Assembly: GCA_018992565.1 (NCBI GenBank)
Contig: JACVGW010000005.1
Coordinates: 1-64,000, forward strand
Source: Theionarchaea archaeon
GTDB lineage: Archaea; Methanobacteriota_B; Thermococci; Methanofastidiosales; SZ-28-30
Reading direction: 5' to 3'
Length of the DNA stretch: 64,000 bases
The notes beneath the pieces were generated by a model. The model was not told the DNA's origin, did no database searches, and saw nothing but the letters and a program-made list of their open reading frames with translations. Shown here piece after piece: positions 9,414-19,128 of the stretch. The first letter of the stretch is position 1; each line of letters starts with the position of its first letter. Both the position numbers and the translations under genes were made by a program.

Positions 9414-10190
9414 ATGAAAAGGAGTATTATTAGGGAACTCAAGAAGATTGAAATGCATAATCCAATTCTCATTGAGGGATTGCCCGGAATTGGATTGATT
9501 GGCAAACTGGCAGCAGACCATTTGATCTCAGAACTCCATGCAGAGAAATTTGCTGAGTTGTACTCTCCTCAATTCATGCACCAGGCTGTTGTGGAATCTG
9601 ATTCTACAGTTCGCCCCATGAGGAACGAGTTCTATTACTGGAAGGGGAAGAACGTCGAATTGGTTATACTGGTGGGAGACACACAGCCACAGCCCACTGA
9701 TAGCTATGGGCACTATGAAGTGGTAGGAGCGATTCTGGACTATATAGAACAATTCGGAGTGACTACCATGTTTACACTGGGGGGTTCCTCCACAGGAGGA
9801 CAGGAAGTCAAGACTCCCCGAGTTTTCGGAGCCGCCACTACAGTGGAGATGGTTGAGAAATATTCAGAAGCGAGCATCACCTTCAAGTCAGATCCAGGCT
9901 CTGCAATTGTGGGAGCCTCTGGACTGCTCCTGGCACTGGGCTATCTCAGAGGTATGCAGGGAGTGTGTCTTCTGGGAGAATCTCCAGGATATCTGGTCAT
10001 TGATGCCAGATCTGCCAAGTCAGTCCTGGAAGTGCTGACCAAGATACTGGGCATTGATGTGGACATGTCTGAACTGGAACGAAGAGCGCAGGAAACAGAG
10101 CAGTTCATTAAGAAGGTTCAGGACATGGAGAAGAAACAGCGACTTCAGCAGCAGTTGAAGGAACTTGGAGACTTCGGCTACATCAGGTGA
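9414..10190 (+). CDS. Proteasome assembly chaperone (PAC2/PbaA family)
   Basis: LIEGLPGIGLIGKLA, IVGASGLLL, CLLGESPG, C-terminal GYIR; typical position after nop10. Confidence 0.9.
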   Translation: MKRSIIRELKKIEMHNPILIEGLPGIGLIGKLAADHLISELHAEKFAELYSPQFMHQAVVESDSTVRPMRNEFYYWKGKNVELVILVGDTQPQPTDSYGHYEVVGAILDYIEQFGVTTMFTLGGSSTGGQEVKTPRVFGAATTVEMVEKYSEASITFKSDPGSAIVGASGLLLALGYLRGMQGVCLLGESPGYLVIDARSAKSVLEVLTKILGIDVDMSELERRAQETEQFIKKVQDMEKKQRLQQQLKELGDFGYIR

Positions 10191-10634
10191 TGGTCCCTTT
10201 CGGCATCAGAAATCAGATAGTCTTTAGATGAACCGCTCCTGGGAAGGTTCCCAGGAGCGCCGAGTACCTCTTCACCACATGATTTTCTCTGCCCACCCCC
10301 CTACAGATCTCAACAAACGCTGGGGTTTTTTCATTTTGAACCATATATACTTTGTGCATGCTATTTATTTTTTGGTTACTGGAAAAGCCACTATTGGAGA
10401 CGAATGGAAGATGGAAAATATAAAATAACAGACTGAAAAGAAGATAAAAAGAAAAACGATGATTAATAGACGAAATTCAACAGTATATTACATTTCTTCA
10501 TGGATTGGAATATCTGATAGCTCTATCAGCCAGTTCAGGAGGTTGAGATTCCAGAAAAAAGACACCATAAGTCACCCGTACTCACGCCTGGAGATGAAAT
10601 GTCAAATCATTCTGGAACATGTCCGGCCGCGAGG

Positions 10635-11204
10635 TCATGGTTTCTTGGAGGCTTCTCCTCTGACAATTCCAGTGGCTATGATATGTGCAACCCGTACTGG
10701 CTCGGGAAGGTGAGAGTGCATGCACGTCAAAGTGATCACTTTTTCAGCCTCTTCTCTTTCAAGCCCAGCGACCTGGTAAAAGAGGGTCCCCTGGTGCACC
10801 TTAACTGAGAAAACAGGTCCTGCTTTCTGGATGCATTCCCATCTCTTTTCCTTGTCTGGGAAGTTGTCCAGTGCCCTGGAAATCTTCTGGAAATCAGGCA
10901 TCCTCCTCATGACAGGAATAACTCCCAGTCCTGTCTGCTGAGAAATCTCTGTGATATCGATAGTATTGAACCCTGCAAAAGTAATTCCATCTGTCATGAT
11001 AACTCTAAGATCTTCGTGCCGTGTCCTGGATACCATTGAGATTATCTTCTCTGTTGCATCTGTGCCATCTCTCTCTATATCACAGCTTAGAAGCCCATCA
11101 ATCCAGAATCCACCCCGAAATACTACTCCGACCAGTAAGATCTTCTGACCACACAGTGATCCGTCATCCATACCCAAAATGCGAATCTGAGGCTTAATTC
11201 TCAT
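10635..11204 (-). CDS. DUF99/UPF0215 endonuclease V-like protein
   Basis: RILGMDDG, DGITFAGFN, LPEPVRVAHIIA. Confidence 0.88.
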   Translation of the reverse strand: MRIKPQIRILGMDDGSLCGQKILLVGVVFRGGFWIDGLLSCDIERDGTDATEKIISMVSRTRHEDLRVIMTDGITFAGFNTIDITEISQQTGLGVIPVMRRMPDFQKISRALDNFPDKEKRWECIQKAGPVFSVKVHQGTLFYQVAGLEREEAEKVITLTCMHSHLPEPVRVAHIIATGIVRGEASKKP

Positions 11205-11602
11205 GTGATCAGTCCAAGGAATCTCCTCAAAGGGTTCTCCGTTGCCGTATGATTCTCCTGTACGTGATCAAGGAGCCTGCGGAAAGCATCCACCATTGCT
11301 TTCTGTTCATCTTCTTCCAGGTTATACAGTTTCAGGACTCCCACAAGCACATCAGCAGCCTCCTCAAGAGTCACTACATGATCAATCCATGCATGTGCAA
11401 TAAAGCTTTCAACAAAGTCCCCCTTCTCGTGCTTGTCCAGTCCTCCTGGACTATCAATGTCTGAAGCGATCAAGGCTTGTGAGAGTACATAGTTAGATAC
11501 CTTCTCTCCTGTCCACGTGCCTGTTGCTCTCGACTTGGCAAGTGAATACAGGAAATTGATGAGAGCATCACCAAATCCCTTAAAGTCTTGCTCCAAATTC
11601 AT
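11201..11602 (-). CDS. Archaeal ribonuclease III-like protein
   Basis: FGDALINFLYSLA...KVSN..LSQAL...KGDFVES; adjacent to rpoL. Confidence 0.7.
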   Translation of the reverse strand: MNLEQDFKGFGDALINFLYSLAKSRATGTWTGEKVSNYVLSQALIASDIDSPGGLDKHEKGDFVESFIAHAWIDHVVTLEEAADVLVGVLKLYNLEEDEQKAMVDAFRRLLDHVQENHTATENPLRRFLGLIT

Positions 11603-11849
11603 TCATCTGCTCCTTTATTTTCCGAGCAGCCCTGGACAGAGCCTCCTTTGGACTTTCCTTGCCATCAGTTTCCAGAAAGAGGACAGGACGCTCCTTGTCA
11701 AGCAGAGGATGCCCCACCTTGTAGGCTGCAGAGACAACATGAGTATCTTCTTTCAGCGTCTCTCGAAGCAGGTTGGCAAACGTATGGTCCTCACCCTTCA
11801 GAGCAGCTTCCAGCTTGGTTTTCTCATGGGCAATGATCTCAAGTTCCAC
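11580..11849 (-). CDS. rpoL: RNA polymerase subunit L (Rpo11)
   Basis: GEDHTFANLLR...AAYKVGHPL; likely GTG start. Confidence 0.93.
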   Translation of the reverse strand: MELEIIAHEKTKLEAALKGEDHTFANLLRETLKEDTHVVSAAYKVGHPLLDKERPVLFLETDGKESPKEALSRAARKIKEQMNEFGARL

Positions 11850-11853
11850 ACTA

Positions 11854-12423
11854 TCACACTCGACCTTTTCCATAATCCGACGCCAGTTTTCTCATCTCAA
11901 TGTTTCCACATTCGGGGCATTCAAGTACATTCCCTTTGCGCCTTAGTACGGTTCGGCACTTTGAACAGAGAGCTCTGACTACTCCCAAATCACTACCAGC
12001 TGTGGAGAGTTCATAGGGCTCTCTCTGTGCCTTCCTCACTTTTGCCCGTACAGTATCATTAACGTGGAACTGACTCGCCAGGTCTTTCACATACTTCTGG
12101 GCGGTCTGGGAAATATAGATCCGCGCCTTTGTTGAGCCCGTCACCTCTCTATCTTCATATCCTTCCAGTGCCAGAATCTCCACCAATGCCATCTTTTCTC
12201 TCATGAGTTCCACCTGACAGATGACAATATCTCCTGAAGACGGGGTAGGAGGTTGTTTTACCATGGGGTTGACTTCTGCTTTTCTTCCCTTCATATCATA
12301 TCGAGCAATGCCGATGGTGGATGCATATATTTTTCCGTCTTCTTCGAATGCACCTCTACCCGGCAGGAATTCTTCCGCAACTCCCAAAAAGGAGCCAGGC
12401 ATGACTAATTCTCCGTCCTTCAT
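11854..12423 (-). CDS. csl4: Exosome RNA-binding subunit Csl4
   Basis: VMPGSFLGVAEEF, S1 domain, Zn ribbon CSKC...CPECGNIEMRK. Confidence 0.93.
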   Translation of the reverse strand: MKDGELVMPGSFLGVAEEFLPGRGAFEEDGKIYASTIGIARYDMKGRKAEVNPMVKQPPTPSSGDIVICQVELMREKMALVEILALEGYEDREVTGSTKARIYISQTAQKYVKDLASQFHVNDTVRAKVRKAQREPYELSTAGSDLGVVRALCSKCRTVLRRKGNVLECPECGNIEMRKLASDYGKGRV

Positions 12424-13028
12424 ATTTTCACCTTCTCAAATCGTAATAGTTCTGCTTCTACATATACTACCCGCCTTGTGTGAAAAGGATACCTCCTGTA
12501 CAAAGGCAGCGTTATATCCTTCACATGTGTGAGCATGTGGTGCGTATGCTGTGAAAGGAAGTTGGCATTCCCTTTCTTATGCAGTGAATATACTACTGGG
12601 GCGATTTCCGTTGCTTTTTTCAGAAATTGCACGTCTACACCCTTCCTTCTCGTCCCGAAGGGAGGATTCTGCACCACTGTATCTGCAGTGAGTGTAATAT
12701 TTTCAATATTACTACATTCAAAAATTGTTTTATCCGCTTTTAAATCTTTTGCTGCTCTTTCCAGGTTTGTCCTGGCTACCTCAATTGCCTGGGGGTCGCA
12801 GTCCACAAAGGTAACAGAGGAAGCCCCCAGGAGGAGAGCTCCAACCCCCAGAATTCCAGACCCACATCCCAGATCAGCTACTACCCTTGAATCAATATCA
12901 CCGAAATCGTAGGCATAAATCAGAATGTCTGCAGCCACATTTCCAGTGAGAGTGTACTGCTCCAGAGTGGAGGAAGAATGGACAGTCTCCAGGGCAGAGA
13001 GCATTATTGCCAAGTTCTTCTTCTTCAT
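12420..13028 (-). CDS. METTL5-family RNA m6A methyltransferase
   Basis: LEQY, DLGCGSGILG, QNPPFG. Confidence 0.9.
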   Translation of the reverse strand: MKKKNLAIMLSALETVHSSSTLEQYTLTGNVAADILIYAYDFGDIDSRVVADLGCGSGILGVGALLLGASSVTFVDCDPQAIEVARTNLERAAKDLKADKTIFECSNIENITLTADTVVQNPPFGTRRKGVDVQFLKKATEIAPVVYSLHKKGNANFLSQHTHHMLTHVKDITLPLYRRYPFHTRRVVYVEAELLRFEKVKI

Positions 13029-13963
13029 ACGATCATGTCCATAGTATATTCTCCTTCTTCAAACATCAGAGGCACTTCCTTACAGGTCAAGACAGGGGAT
13101 TCAAACAAGGCTGCATCATCCAGTGCAATCCTGGGACAGGCGCAGATAACGTATGCATCACATCCATAGAGGTACTCTGGCCTGATTTCATTGCACACAA
13201 AGAGGAAAGTGTTCTTCCCTTTTTCTTTCAAATACGCTCTGGCAGCCAGGGCATCACTCATTCTGTACTGCCCTTTTTTTGTGCTGATAACAATACCAAA
13301 GGTAGACGCTCGAGAAGCCTCAAAGATGAGTGCATGTCTCTTTCGCAGCATTTTCTCAGAATCAACGGGCTCAAACGTATCATACACACGGAATACCGGC
13401 TTTCTCGTGGCGATGGCTGCTCCCAGAGGATGAAAAGTTCCCGTTCCTAGATAGAGAAAAGCATCTACTTCATGTGAAATCTTGGTTGCTGCCGTGAGGT
13501 CACACCCCAGTATCTGACCTTCAAATTCAGTTCGTGATCCGGTAGCAGTATGTACCTGTACCTGATTGTCTCTCAGAAAAGAACCAACGCTCTCTAGCTG
13601 TAGCCTGTGTTGGGCAGTGGTAAGAAGTCCAACTCGGGCTGGAATCCGTTCTACATTTTTCTCAAGTGTGGGGACAAAATTGAAATCATCTGTGACCTCA
13701 ACAAACACCACGGGCCTCTTAGTTGAATAGATTCTCGTATGTCCTACGTGAACCAGAAGGTCTCCATATTCTTCCAGATCACAGGCCCCATAGCAGGGAG
13801 ATGCTGATATAACAACTGTGTACCCTGCGGTTTCTAAGAAGGTGCTCAGTTCCAGTGCTTTCTTCCTCAGTCCTTCTGGAGCCTGTACAGTGATATTCTT
13901 TATACCAGGATAGCCCCTAACACGGTCCAGAACATATCCTTCATCGATCATGAGCATGTACAT
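13025..13963 (-). CDS. dph2: Diphthamide synthesis enzyme Dph2
   Basis: QAPEGL, CYGACDL, GQILGC, ACPRIALDD. Confidence 0.94.
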   Translation of the reverse strand: MYMLMIDEGYVLDRVRGYPGIKNITVQAPEGLRKKALELSTFLETAGYTVVISASPCYGACDLEEYGDLLVHVGHTRIYSTKRPVVFVEVTDDFNFVPTLEKNVERIPARVGLLTTAQHRLQLESVGSFLRDNQVQVHTATGSRTEFEGQILGCDLTAATKISHEVDAFLYLGTGTFHPLGAAIATRKPVFRVYDTFEPVDSEKMLRKRHALIFEASRASTFGIVISTKKGQYRMSDALAARAYLKEKGKNTFLFVCNEIRPEYLYGCDAYVICACPRIALDDAALFESPVLTCKEVPLMFEEGEYTMDMIV

Positions 13964-13988
13964 TCCATGCAGTCACACCATAAATAGG

Positions 13989-14297
13989 TTAATCTTTGTA
14001 TGATGACTTCATCAGGGATACCCTGAAGGGGTGGATTTCGCCAGTCATCAATCCCTTTCTTATGGCAGGATCATTGTTCATAAACTGCTGGGCTTCTTCA
14101 GGAGACACCGCTTCAAATATCACGATGCCAAAAAACCCATCTAGGCAGGGGCCAGCAAGGATTAGACTTCCTTCATCCAGTTTCCTCTTGAGGTATGAGA
14201 AGTGTTCTTCGACAACTTCCTCCTCTAGTGGTGACATGGAATCAACTATCTCGGGGCGAATGAGCCTTACCACATACACAAAAGCCTGTTTACTCAT
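13989..14297 (-). CDS. YciI-like protein
   Basis: EHFSYLK...LILAGP...GIVIFEA...NDPAI. Confidence 0.8.
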   Translation of the reverse strand: MSKQAFVYVVRLIRPEIVDSMSPLEEEVVEEHFSYLKRKLDEGSLILAGPCLDGFFGIVIFEAVSPEEAQQFMNNDPAIRKGLMTGEIHPFRVSLMKSSYKD

Positions 14298-14579
14298 CTG
14301 GATTCCCCTGAACCTCTGCATCTGCATGTGCTGTACTGGGGAAACTCTCCTTCCGTGGAATTGTACATCTGTGATCACACGTGATTTCACAGAGCAATAC
14401 CACCGACTGGGATCCTTCCCCAGGCTGTTGTCCACTTGCTATTCTGGCATTGGTTCAAATAGATACTCAGGAAAGCAGGAGGCTCTCATCTAACATCGAA
14501 TCAGTTTTGGAAATTCAGGAATTCTCCTGTAAGGAGACTGGTCGAAATATATGAGCAGCTCCTAGGGTCTTGGTCTTTC

Positions 14580-15074
14580 CTAACCTCCGGCCCGTGCAAC
14601 CTCCAGCGAAGTCTCTATCAACAACTGGAGCACACTGGGTTCAATGACCTTCCATCCGTCGTCAGTTTCTCCCAGTTCAACAAACAGGAAGATCTCCTCG
14701 TATGAAGCGTCCGGAGTGATAATGGTAACTATGACCTCATAAGACCTTCCTCTCTTTCCTATTTGTTCAGCAAAGTCTGCATCAGATAGTCCCTTGGTCA
14801 TTTCTCTGAACTCTTCTTCTTTCATCAGAAGAGATATTTCAACTATCTCAAAGGTTAGGTTCTGGTTCTTAACGTAATCCAGGAGTAGTTCTGCATCTTC
14901 TGCGAAGTAAGAGTGAGTCAAATCTTCCAATTCGGGCAAATTCCTCTGATTAAGACCCTCAAAGTACGAATCAATGATCTCTTCAGGAGCAGGCTGGACT
15001 TCCTGTGGCTGCTCGGATTCTTGACCCATACACGCTGCAGTCAGCAAGACAAGGAATATCACTGCATATCTCAT
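14580..15074 (-). CDS. Hypothetical lipoprotein (NTF2-like fold possible)
   Basis: Signal peptide with lipobox LLTAAC; C-terminal DDGWKV. Confidence 0.65.
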   Translation of the reverse strand: MRYAVIFLVLLTAACMGQESEQPQEVQPAPEEIIDSYFEGLNQRNLPELEDLTHSYFAEDAELLLDYVKNQNLTFEIVEISLLMKEEEFREMTKGLSDADFAEQIGKRGRSYEVIVTIITPDASYEEIFLFVELGETDDGWKVIEPSVLQLLIETSLEVARAGG

Positions 15075-15278
15075 AAAAAATGGAAGCTCGCTATCAGTTA
15101 TAAACATTGCGCTGGATTGCCCCCTTCTGAGAATTCTGATGTGCCATGACCTCTATTTTCATCATTTTTCGCGAATTCTGCAACAGTGACTGATGATATT
15201 CTAATAATATTAAAAATATTTCAACCACTTGACGAAAAGCTTATAAAGGATCAGTGGTAAGAGAGTCAGGTGAACTAC

Positions 15279-16158
15279 ATGAAAAAGCTGGTTACACTTC
15301 TGATGCTCATGATGCTCATCGGGAATCTTTGTCCGATTCTTGCAGAGGACTCAGAGGATCCACCAGAAGAGGACGAAGAGACTGATCCGTGGGCTGACTC
15401 CGACGGGGATGGAATTCCTGATCAGTTCGATCCTTTCCCTGATGATGCCGAAAACGAAGGTATGTCAGAGGCGCTCGTGCAACAGTTTATTGATGCTGCC
15501 AATAACATAAAAGAACTTGAAGACCTGCTTAATGGCGAAGATGACGGAGANNNNNNNNNNNNNNNNNNNNNNNNNNNNNNNNNNNNNNNNNNNNNNNNNN
15601 NNNNNNNNNNNNNNNNNNNNNNNNNNNNNNNNNNNNNNNNNNNNNNNNNNAGGCGAAGATGACGGAGAAGGCGAAGATGACGGAGAAGGCGAAGATGACG
15701 GAGAAGGCGAAGATGACGGAGAAGGCGAAGATGACGGAGAAGGCGAAGATGACGGAGAAGGCGAAGAAGGCGAGGGAGAGATTTCTCAGGCAGTACAGAC
15801 TCTCTATAATGTAGCTACTAAACTGCTGCAGAAGGCAGCGGAAAAGGCAGCAGAAGGAAAACTTGGTGCTGCAAAAGGTCTGTCGAATGCTGCACTCCAC
15901 ACCTCTGGAAATGCTCTCAGCAAGTATGCGAGGGACAATGGAGAGGATGGAGAAGAGAACGAAGAGGAAAACGAGGAAGAGAACGAAGAGGAAAACGAGG
16001 AACAGAACACAGAGAAGAATTCTCTTGGAAATCAAGGGAAGGGAAACAACAAAGACAGCGAAGACAGTGAGAACGACAACAATGGCAAGGGTAACGGCAA
16101 AGCAAAAGGGAAAGGCAAGAGCAAAGGTAAGAGCAAAGGAAAAGGCAAAAAGCCATAG
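15279..16158 (+). CDS. Secreted acidic low-complexity protein with a TSP3-like motif, GEDDGE repeats and a Lys/Gly tail (spans an assembly gap)
   Basis: Signal peptide MKKLVTLLMLMMLIGNLCPILA, DSDGDGIPDQFDPFPDD; the same repeat reads on both sides of the gap; SD GGTGA; T-tract after the stop. Confidence 0.75.
15534..15758 (+). repeat. 18-bp coding tandem repeat AGGCGAAGATGACGGAGA; copy number unresolved (N gap 15551-15650)
   Basis: Six perfect copies at 15651-15758 and a near-complete copy before the gap. Confidence 0.95.
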
Positions 16159-16224
16159 CTCAATTTAATTTTCCTTTTTTTTACTTATTCTATCTTGATA
16201 AGCTATTCTATATGCATTCTCTCT

Positions 16225-17031
16225 TCAAAAAATGTCTTTCATGATTTCCTGTATCTGATTTTCTTTTAATCCCATCAGTGGATAGAAACTTGGAATATCT
16301 CTTTTTTCGGGACAGAATTCAGAGAAAACCACGGCAAGGACATCTCTTGCTTTCTCTGGGTCAGAAACCCAGGTGATGGGATGTCCGTATGAAAATTGCT
16401 CAAGATGAGAACGTATCTCCTCGTTTCCATATCCTACCAGTTCACATCCCCGCTTTAGCATCATCCATGCGGCCACTGCTGATCTCCTGTCTATGAGATG
16501 AACGAGCACCTTCCCCTGTATTCCTACTGGAATTCCTCCGTATGCCGAAATACGGTCCACAAAGAAATACGTAGCATCACACAGAATCTCAATACCAATA
16601 TCAATGTCAGGGTTCGTGAGATCAACAGAGACATCATCAGCTGCAATGTAAGCTCCTACTTCTGCATTTACCTCTGGGGATGTCAGAAGGAATTGCTTGT
16701 CCAGTCTCTGCGTGGAAATACGAAAGGTACCCCCTTTCCCGTAAGTCCTGTATAATGCACGTGCTTTTTCTTTCATGTCCTTCAAGTCAAGGCTGCCTCT
16801 GATGGCAGGAGAAATGGACGAAATCCCAAATACGTTTTTTAACACTCCAGCTGCATGTGGATTTCTTGTGGCAACAATAATCCTGCCTCTGGGATTTTCG
16901 ATTGAACTGAATTCAATGCTATTTGCTTCCAGTGCGGCTCTGATATTCTTCATGAATGAGGTTTCCCACCGTCTGCGAGTTCGCCTCGATTTGGTGCCTA
17001 TTTCTCCATATCTGATTACAACATACTCCAT
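16225..17031 (-). CDS. ThiI-like THUMP-domain protein with a degenerate PP-loop
   Basis: IRYGEIGTKS, FGISSISPA, THUMP (FRISTQR...VDLTNPD), then GGIPVGIQGKVLVHLIDRRSAVAAWMMLKRG. Confidence 0.8.
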   Translation of the reverse strand: MEYVVIRYGEIGTKSRRTRRRWETSFMKNIRAALEANSIEFSSIENPRGRIIVATRNPHAAGVLKNVFGISSISPAIRGSLDLKDMKEKARALYRTYGKGGTFRISTQRLDKQFLLTSPEVNAEVGAYIAADDVSVDLTNPDIDIGIEILCDATYFFVDRISAYGGIPVGIQGKVLVHLIDRRSAVAAWMMLKRGCELVGYGNEEIRSHLEQFSYGHPITWVSDPEKARDVLAVVFSEFCPEKRDIPSFYPLMGLKENQIQEIMKDIF

Positions 17032-17159
17032 TGCTATCTCCTCGAGCTGGATAATCATACTGAGATGACCTCTGCTCCACGTTCAGATCCAAACATTGTG
17101 TCCACGTATGTTGAAATCTTACAGGCCAGTCCCTCTTTCCTCAGGTAATCGCTCAGATC

Positions 17160-17537
17160 TTATATCCTATCAGAGAGATGGTTTCTCACATACCTCAGTG
17201 TTGCATCCTCAAATGTCTCCATGAGACTGCGCATTACTCTGTCCACCACTGCATGGGAGAATTCTTCCCGCGAAACTCTGACAGTGTAAACATACCGTTC
17301 TCCCCCTTTTCCTGTTTCTGGCTGCCTCTCTAGAAGCCCCCTTTCACGCAGCCGGTTCATCATGATGCTGATTGTAGATCTGCGGGTTTTCTTTTCCTTC
17401 TTTTTCATGATTTCATAGATATCCCGGGCCACAGATGTTTTCTCATCCCACATAATCTGCATGATCTCAGATTCCAAAGGACTCAACACCATTTCAATTC
17501 CCTTCTCATCTGGTCTGAATTCATGCCATCGAAACAT
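17160..17537 (-). CDS. BlaI/MecI/CopY-family transcriptional regulator
   Basis: LSPLESEIMQIMW...STISIMMNRLRERGLL. Confidence 0.85.
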   Translation of the reverse strand: MFRWHEFRPDEKGIEMVLSPLESEIMQIMWDEKTSVARDIYEIMKKKEKKTRRSTISIMMNRLRERGLLERQPETGKGGERYVYTVRVSREEFSHAVVDRVMRSLMETFEDATLRYVRNHLSDRI

Positions 17538-17673
17538 CGCTCTGCAGTGTTTTTATACCATATAAACTTTACCACATTGTCAGACGTGCGGGACCTCCCT
17601 CATTTATCACAGGTATTCCAGAATGAGCGATGTACCTTTAGAAGTCAATAAGAAAACAGAAGAAAAAAAGGGA

Positions 17674-19128
17674 TTAGAGATTTCTCTCAAGAGTGTGAAC
17701 TGCTCCGTCGGTGTTGTGAATTCTCACTTGGAGTGGCATTTCCCCAGGTAAGAAGTGGGAAGCGCAGCCAAAGCATGGGTCATATGATCTGAAGGCCATT
17801 TCCACCATGTTCAGCAATCCATCAGATATTTTCCCTTCTTTAATGACTCCTCGCGCTGCATCTCTTACAGACATATTTAGGGCGGGGCCATTGTTTACAG
17901 TGGCCACAATGAGATTGACGGTCTTGGCAAGCCCATCCTCATCCAGTTTGTAATGATGGAATAAGGTACCACGGGCAGCTTCTACAACTCCTACTCCTTC
18001 TCCAGGTTCTCCGGGCTCAGCTCGTATGTCTTTTGAAGTGATGTCTTCATCCTGTGCCAGCTCTAGCAGACGTTCTGCTGCGTACTGAAGCTCGATGAGG
18101 CGGGCCCAGTGTGTAGCCAGCGTATGGTGCACAGGATTGCCCAGCGTTTCCATCATCTTCTCGTATGCCTCTTGGGCCAGTGGAGTGGCCATACCCTGTG
18201 CGGCATTGAGCCTTGCTAGTGGTGCAACCCGGTACACGCCAGAGTCTACACCGTCCACAAACCCTTTCCATCCTACCCCTTTCAAGTAGGGGAATTTAAT
18301 GTATGACCAGGGTTCCACATGTTCTGCAATATGTGTCAGGTAGTCTGAGGCATCGAACTTGACATACTCCTTCCCGTTGGGATCTACTACTCGTATCTTG
18401 CCGTCATAAAAGTTCGCTTTGTTGTTGTCATCAACTAACCCCATGTAGTAGGTCCTCATGGTATATGCATCTGAGGTGATTAGATCAACATACTCTTTAT
18501 TCTGGAGAACAAGCTTATCGAAGGTTTCCAGAGAAAATGCTGCAAATTTGACTGAAGATTTGGCCATCTCTTCGATGGTGGCTCTTTCTTCTTCTGTCAA
18601 CCCCTTGGCAATTCCTCCAGGGAGTGCAGATACAGGATGAGTGGCTTTTCCTCCCAGAATTTCAATGACTTTTTGTCCGTAGCTTCTATGCTTGATCACT
18701 TCCTTGGCGATGTCCAGTCCCACCTTATTTATAACACCGAGAATATTCCGTTCTGCGGCCGGCGCTTGAGGTCCCACAATGAAATCAGGCCCTCCTAGGT
18801 AGTAGAAGTGAAGCGTGTGGTCATATACAAAGTATCCTGAATACATGAGTTCTCTCAGTTTCTTGGCAGCAGGTGTTGGTTCTACATTAAAGGCTGCATC
18901 AAGCGCCTTGGCAGATGCAATGTGATGAGCAGTAGGACACACACCACAGATTCGAGGAGTAATTCTGGGCAGTTCCTCCCCGGGTCTCCCCTGGCAAAAC
19001 CGTTCAAATCCACGCAGCTCTGGGATCTGCAAATAGGCATTCTCCACGTTTCCCTGACTGTCAAGGAATATCTCAATCCTGCCGTGCCCTTCCAGGCGCG
19101 TGATAGGATCAATGGTAACTCGATTCAT
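17674..19128 (-). CDS. mvhA: [NiFe]-hydrogenase large subunit, group 3c
   Basis: TRLEGH, RICGVC, DPCFGCASH plus a cleavable C-terminal extension. Confidence 0.93.
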   Translation of the reverse strand: MNRVTIDPITRLEGHGRIEIFLDSQGNVENAYLQIPELRGFERFCQGRPGEELPRITPRICGVCPTAHHIASAKALDAAFNVEPTPAAKKLRELMYSGYFVYDHTLHFYYLGGPDFIVGPQAPAAERNILGVINKVGLDIAKEVIKHRSYGQKVIEILGGKATHPVSALPGGIAKGLTEEERATIEEMAKSSVKFAAFSLETFDKLVLQNKEYVDLITSDAYTMRTYYMGLVDDNNKANFYDGKIRVVDPNGKEYVKFDASDYLTHIAEHVEPWSYIKFPYLKGVGWKGFVDGVDSGVYRVAPLARLNAAQGMATPLAQEAYEKMMETLGNPVHHTLATHWARLIELQYAAERLLELAQDEDITSKDIRAEPGEPGEGVGVVEAARGTLFHHYKLDEDGLAKTVNLIVATVNNGPALNMSVRDAARGVIKEGKISDGLLNMVEMAFRSYDPCFGCASHFLPGEMPLQVRIHNTDGAVHTLERNL

